Below, in pieces: positions 36,016 through 39,499 of a DNA stretch of 39,499 nucleotides; within the stretch, counting starts at the first letter, position 1, and each line of letters starts with the position of its first letter. A program made the translations under genes and the position numbers. This DNA comes from Pedosphaera sp. (GTDB lineage Bacteria > Verrucomicrobiota > Verrucomicrobiia > Limisphaerales > SIBH01), in NCBI GenBank assembly GCA_031414955.1, contig JANOQV010000097.1:1-39499 (forward strand), in the 5' to 3' direction. The notes beneath the pieces were generated by a model. It searched no databases. It was not told the DNA's origin and saw only the letters and a program-made list of their open reading frames with translations.

Positions 36016-36174
36016 AGCACCGTAGGTGCGGCATCTTTGTAGTCATCCGATCCAAAATGAATTCCCCAGCCCCGGAGGGGCGGCATCGTCCGGCGCCGGG
36101 GTTATGCCGCCCCTCTGGGGCTGGACTATTTGTTGGGTGTTGGTTCTACAAAGATGTCGCCCCTGAACGGGGCT
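36016..36174. repeat. Composite palindrome (REP/BIME-like)
   Basis: GCGGCATCTTTGTAG / CTACAAAGATGTCGC outer arms and CCAGCCCCGGAGGGGCGGCAT / ATGCCGCCCCTCTGGGGCTGG inner arms. Confidence 0.85.
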
Positions 36175-36200
36175 GCGATGACAAATGGCCCATCACCCTA

Positions 36201-36392
36201 TGGACTGCGCCGGCAGAGCGACAGCGGCGACGGCGCTTTCGAGCGCGCGGAAATCTCCCGCCAAACAATGCCTCACGCGAAGTCCGCGAAGGTCGCTAAG
36301 AAAAAAACCTTTGCGCCCTTCGCGGACTTCGCGTGAGGCCAATCCTTGCCCGTGCGAAAGCGGTGTCGCGCTGCGTTTGCCACCGCAGTCCA
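36201..36392. repeat. REP-doublet-like element with a nested 9-mer hairpin (36270-36339)
   Basis: Outer TGGACTGCG...CGACGGCGCTTTCG / CGAAAGCGGTGTCG...CGCAGTCCA; inner perfect 23-bp inverted repeat GCCTCACGCGAAGTCCGCGAAGG. Confidence 0.85.
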
Positions 36393-36402
36393 AATTTTCC
36401 CG

Positions 36403-39297
36403 CTACTCCTTCCGCTTCAGCGCGCGGCGCTTGGCTTCGAGCAGGCGGTTGGTGCCGCCGGCGGGTTGGTCGGGCTTTTTCGGTTCTTCGGCGGCGGCCT
36501 CGGGCGGGGCGGCGGCGGTTTCCTCCGCGGACAAACCGCCGGCGCGCTGGCCGAGTTCCACCGGGCGCGCGGGTTTGAAAAGTTCCGCGGCGGTCTGGAC
36601 GGCAGGCGCGGTCTGGGTGGAGCGCACCTGTTCGCGGCGGGCCAGCAGGGCGCCGAGCGATTCATCGGCCTCGACCGGGCGCGGCTTGCCCCGCCAGAAA
36701 AAGAGCGCGCGCCGCAGCGTGGCCGTGGCCTTGAGCCATTCGTCGCGATCGATCTGGATGCGCCGCACGCCAACATCGAGCGGGAAGAGGCAGATGGCGA
36801 GTTGCAGCAACCATTGCCAGAGGTCGTGGGGCTGGAAGGTCTTCTTGCGATCGTGGAGGAAGGGATTGTCCTCCGGCGTAGCGGGCTGGAAAGGAAGCAT
36901 CTTGCCGCCGCTCGTGTCGGCCATCTGCTGGAGCAGATGCAGGTTCGGCTCGGTGGCGTTGAACTCGGGCGAATAGTTCACGCTCGCGCCCAGGAACTGC
37001 TGCCCGGCCACCTTGCCATCCTTCATGTCCATGAGGTTGAGCGAGTAGCCGCCGATCTCGCGCGAGGGAAAGCGCGCCTCGTAGTGGCCCGGCCCGGTCT
37101 GCTCCAGCCGCACCAGTTGCCGGTCGCCTTTCGGGCTGATGACCACGGTCTGGAGGGTGAGGAAGTTGCGATAATTACCCTGCTCATCCAGCGCCTCGAC
37201 GCTGACCACACCCTCGCCCTTGTCGATGTTCACCTCGGTGGTGAAGTCGGCGTTCTCCACGCGGCGCAAACTCCACATCGCGGTCTGCGTCCAGAACTGG
37301 CGATACTTTTCCCAGGTCATCCACATGCGGGCCCAGCGGGGCTTGGCGTCGCTGGTGAAGGCGACGGCACGGCCAAGTCCGTATTGCCAGTGGGCCAGAA
37401 TGGGATCACCCTTCTCGCTCATCAGCGGGACTTCGGCGCGCGCCTTGGGCTGGGTGCTCACGTAGCCGTGCAGCGTGGGATACTCGGCGGCGCCGATGCC
37501 GCGCACCAGTTCCGAGGAGGCCACGAGCTTGGGCCGGAACGGCTCCTCGTAGATGGCCGATTTCAAAATCACCATCGTCTCCTTGATGAAAATCTGCGGG
37601 AGATCGTTCGGGCTTTGCACGTTGTGGAAACGGCCCCGTCCCTGGTCCGCGATGAACTGCATGGTCTGCGGCCCGGCGTGACCGGAAATTAAAACCGAGC
37701 TGGCGGTGATCTTCGCGGCCACCATGTCGGTCATCAATTGCTGCTGCGGTGGCGCGGGGTCGCCGTCGCTGAACACAATCATATGCTTGAGGCTGGCGCT
37801 GGATTTTTTCAACGCCTCGTAGGCCTTGCTCATCACGCCTTGGAAGTCCGGCAAGTCGCCCTGGTTCATACCCGCCACCGCGCGACTCGCGGTCTGTTTG
37901 TCGCCGACCTTCTGCAAATCATAGACCCAGCGCTCGGTGCCGTCCCACATCACCAGGCCGAACTCGTCCTGCGGGCCGAGCGCGGCGAGCACGCCCTGGG
38001 CACAGTCGCGCGCGATCTGGTTGCCGTTGCCGAACTCCATGCCGTGCATCACCAGCACGACCGCGCCGGGCGGCAGCACTTTTTTGGAATCGAGTTCCAT
38101 GCTGACGGGCAGCGTGGATTCCAGCGGCGTGCCCTTGTAAGCACCGGCCATGTAAGTCTGATCGCCGCCGATGCAGACGAGTCCCACGCCGAAGTCGCGC
38201 ACCGCGCTCTCGATCAGTTTCATCAGCGTGTCGCCAAGATCGCCCGCCGCGATGTTGCTCAGGAAAACGGTGTCGTAGCTCTGCAACTCGGCGAGTGACT
38301 CAGGAAATTTCTCCGGCCCGATGACGCGCACGTCGAGCTTGGCCGACTGCAACGCCGCCACCAGCGTCGCGTCCTGTGCGCGGTCGGAAGACACCAGCAG
38401 GATGCGCGGATCGCCCTCGACGCGCGTGAAGCTGGTCGCGCGGTTGTTCTGCGGAATGTTGTCGCCGGGCGCATCGACCTGCACCGAGTAGCTGTAGAAA
38501 CCCGGCTCGGTCAGCGTTTGCGGGAAGGTGAACAGATTCTTGCCCGGCTCCAACTCGATGTTTTGCAGGCCGAGGTCCTGGTCGTTGCGGAAGAGGCGGA
38601 GCGTGGCGTTCTGCTTGCGGTCCGCCTGGATGAAAATTTTCGCCTCAATCGTCTGCCCTTTCTTCACGCGCGACGGCAAGCCGAGGCGCTGCACGGAAAC
38701 ATCGTTGCCCCGCGATGCGCCCAGGGGAATCACGTCGATGGTCACGCCGAGCGGCTTGGCCGAGAGCGCGGCCGTCAGCGCGTCGCCGACGTTTTCGTTG
38801 CCGTCGGAGAGCAGCACGAGACGCTTCTGGCCGGTCTCTGGAAACGCCGCTGTGCCGAGACGCACCGCGCCGGCGATGTCCGTGCGGTCCGCGCCGACGA
38901 TGGCGAAGATTTTTTCCTTCTTCGGATCGACGGCATTGTTGACCGTGGTTTCGAGCGCCGCATCGCCGCCAAAGACGAGGAAGCCGGCGCGGTCCTCCTT
39001 GTTCTTTTCGACGGAGAGACGTTGCGCGTATCTGAACGCCGCCTCCTGCTGCGGTGAGGGCACGCTGTCCGAACGGTCGAGGACGAACATCACGTTCATG
39101 CCTTCGAGCGGCTGCTTCCATTGCAGCCCTGCGATGGCGAGCAGGATGGCGATGACGATGACGAGCCGGAGAACAAGCGCCGTCCAGCGGCGCACGGAGC
39201 CGATCTGCACGTCGGTTTTCCAGAACAGCCAGATCACCCACGCCAGCGCCGGGATGAGCGCGAGCAGGTAGATGGGATGGGTGAATTGGAAGTTCAT
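36403..39297 (-). CDS. Membrane VWA-domain protein with glutamine-amidotransferase-like (DUF1355-type) domain
   Basis: BatA-like N-terminal TMs, MIDAS DRSDS / TD / LSDGNEN, Ig-like domain, YDTVFLSN..GLVCIGG..LPV, WQYGLGRAVAFTSD, C-terminal TM then DVGVRR. ATG 39297. Confidence 0.88.
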   Translation of the reverse strand: MNFQFTHPIYLLALIPALAWVIWLFWKTDVQIGSVRRWTALVLRLVIVIAILLAIAGLQWKQPLEGMNVMFVLDRSDSVPSPQQEAAFRYAQRLSVEKNKEDRAGFLVFGGDAALETTVNNAVDPKKEKIFAIVGADRTDIAGAVRLGTAAFPETGQKRLVLLSDGNENVGDALTAALSAKPLGVTIDVIPLGASRGNDVSVQRLGLPSRVKKGQTIEAKIFIQADRKQNATLRLFRNDQDLGLQNIELEPGKNLFTFPQTLTEPGFYSYSVQVDAPGDNIPQNNRATSFTRVEGDPRILLVSSDRAQDATLVAALQSAKLDVRVIGPEKFPESLAELQSYDTVFLSNIAAGDLGDTLMKLIESAVRDFGVGLVCIGGDQTYMAGAYKGTPLESTLPVSMELDSKKVLPPGAVVLVMHGMEFGNGNQIARDCAQGVLAALGPQDEFGLVMWDGTERWVYDLQKVGDKQTASRAVAGMNQGDLPDFQGVMSKAYEALKKSSASLKHMIVFSDGDPAPPQQQLMTDMVAAKITASSVLISGHAGPQTMQFIADQGRGRFHNVQSPNDLPQIFIKETMVILKSAIYEEPFRPKLVASSELVRGIGAAEYPTLHGYVSTQPKARAEVPLMSEKGDPILAHWQYGLGRAVAFTSDAKPRWARMWMTWEKYRQFWTQTAMWSLRRVENADFTTEVNIDKGEGVVSVEALDEQGNYRNFLTLQTVVISPKGDRQLVRLEQTGPGHYEARFPSREIGGYSLNLMDMKDGKVAGQQFLGASVNYSPEFNATEPNLHLLQQMADTSGGKMLPFQPATPEDNPFLHDRKKTFQPHDLWQWLLQLAICLFPLDVGVRRIQIDRDEWLKATATLRRALFFWRGKPRPVEADESLGALLARREQVRSTQTAPAVQTAAELFKPARPVELGQRAGGLSAEETAAAPPEAAAEEPKKPDQPAGGTNRLLEAKRRALKRKE

Positions 39298-39310
39298 CAG
39301 CTGGGAATTG

Positions 39311-39380
39311 AACCCCAAAGACACGAAGACACGAAGCGAACCGGCTTCATCCCTTTTGTGTGCTTCGTGTCTTCGTGGTT
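39311..39380. repeat. Hairpin built from ACACGAAG tandem units
   Basis: AACCCCAAAG ACACGAAG ACACGAAG ... CTTTTGTGTG CTTCGTGT CTTCGTGGTT. Confidence 0.8.
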
Positions 39381-39382
39381 GT

Positions 39383-39499
39383 TCATGCCTTTTTCTGCCT
39401 CATCAGTTTTTGCACCCGATGATTCATCGAGTCGGCCACAAAAAGATTCCCCATCGAGTCGAGCGCGATGCTCCACGGGTTAGCGAACTCGCCCGGTTC
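39383..39499 (-). CDS. NHL-repeat protein, C-terminal fragment (not in the ORF track)
   Basis: Hand translation EPGEFANPWSIALDSMGNLFVADSMNHRVQKLMRQKKA*, a canonical NHL blade. Confidence 0.85.
   Translation of the reverse strand, partial: EPGEFANPWSIALDSMGNLFVADSMNHRVQKLMRQKKA

Noticed and set aside
35317..36392. IscB/HEARO-type RNA-guided system
   Set aside because: The HNH protein is only 185 aa with no PLMP or RuvC motifs, and the upstream structures look like generic REP-type palindromes.

Overview
GC-rich bacterial chromosomal window, probably Verrucomicrobiota (Pedosphaerales-like). The taxonomy is inferred from the style of the exported proteins and repeats and is not proven. It holds about 30 CDSs. 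(1) A + strand cluster with two PQQ-type beta-propellers, an EhpF/GriC-like adenylating enzyme, an acylating ALDH-fold (GriD/EhpG/LuxC-like) reductase and a VOC protein, interrupted by MNT-HEPN and YefM-YoeB toxin-antitoxin pairs. (2) A - strand aminotransferase-rsmA-LMW-PTP-Nudix operon. (3) queE, gdhA, glycerate kinase and a Gre-like factor. (4) A ~3370-aa secreted multi-Ig purple-acid-phosphatase protein. (5) dprA, a MITE-disrupted pseudogene, LamG, YihY, a stand-alone GmrSD, ald, an NHL propeller, UDG, DUF1015, an HNH nuclease, a VWA protein and a partial NHL gene. Many intergenic gaps hold a palindromic element, mostly of different sequence: REP-doublet-like hairpins, inverted 7-mer arrays, 8/9-mer hairpins, and a 118-bp MITE with a target duplication. 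7-mer arrays have also entered coding regions in frame. No rRNA, tRNA, CRISPR array or transposase was seen. Best candidate new systems: the orphan two-component carboxylate reductase cluster, a shared C-terminal [F/Y]YR export domain with TN-rich passengers, and the tandem-repeat hairpin elements.
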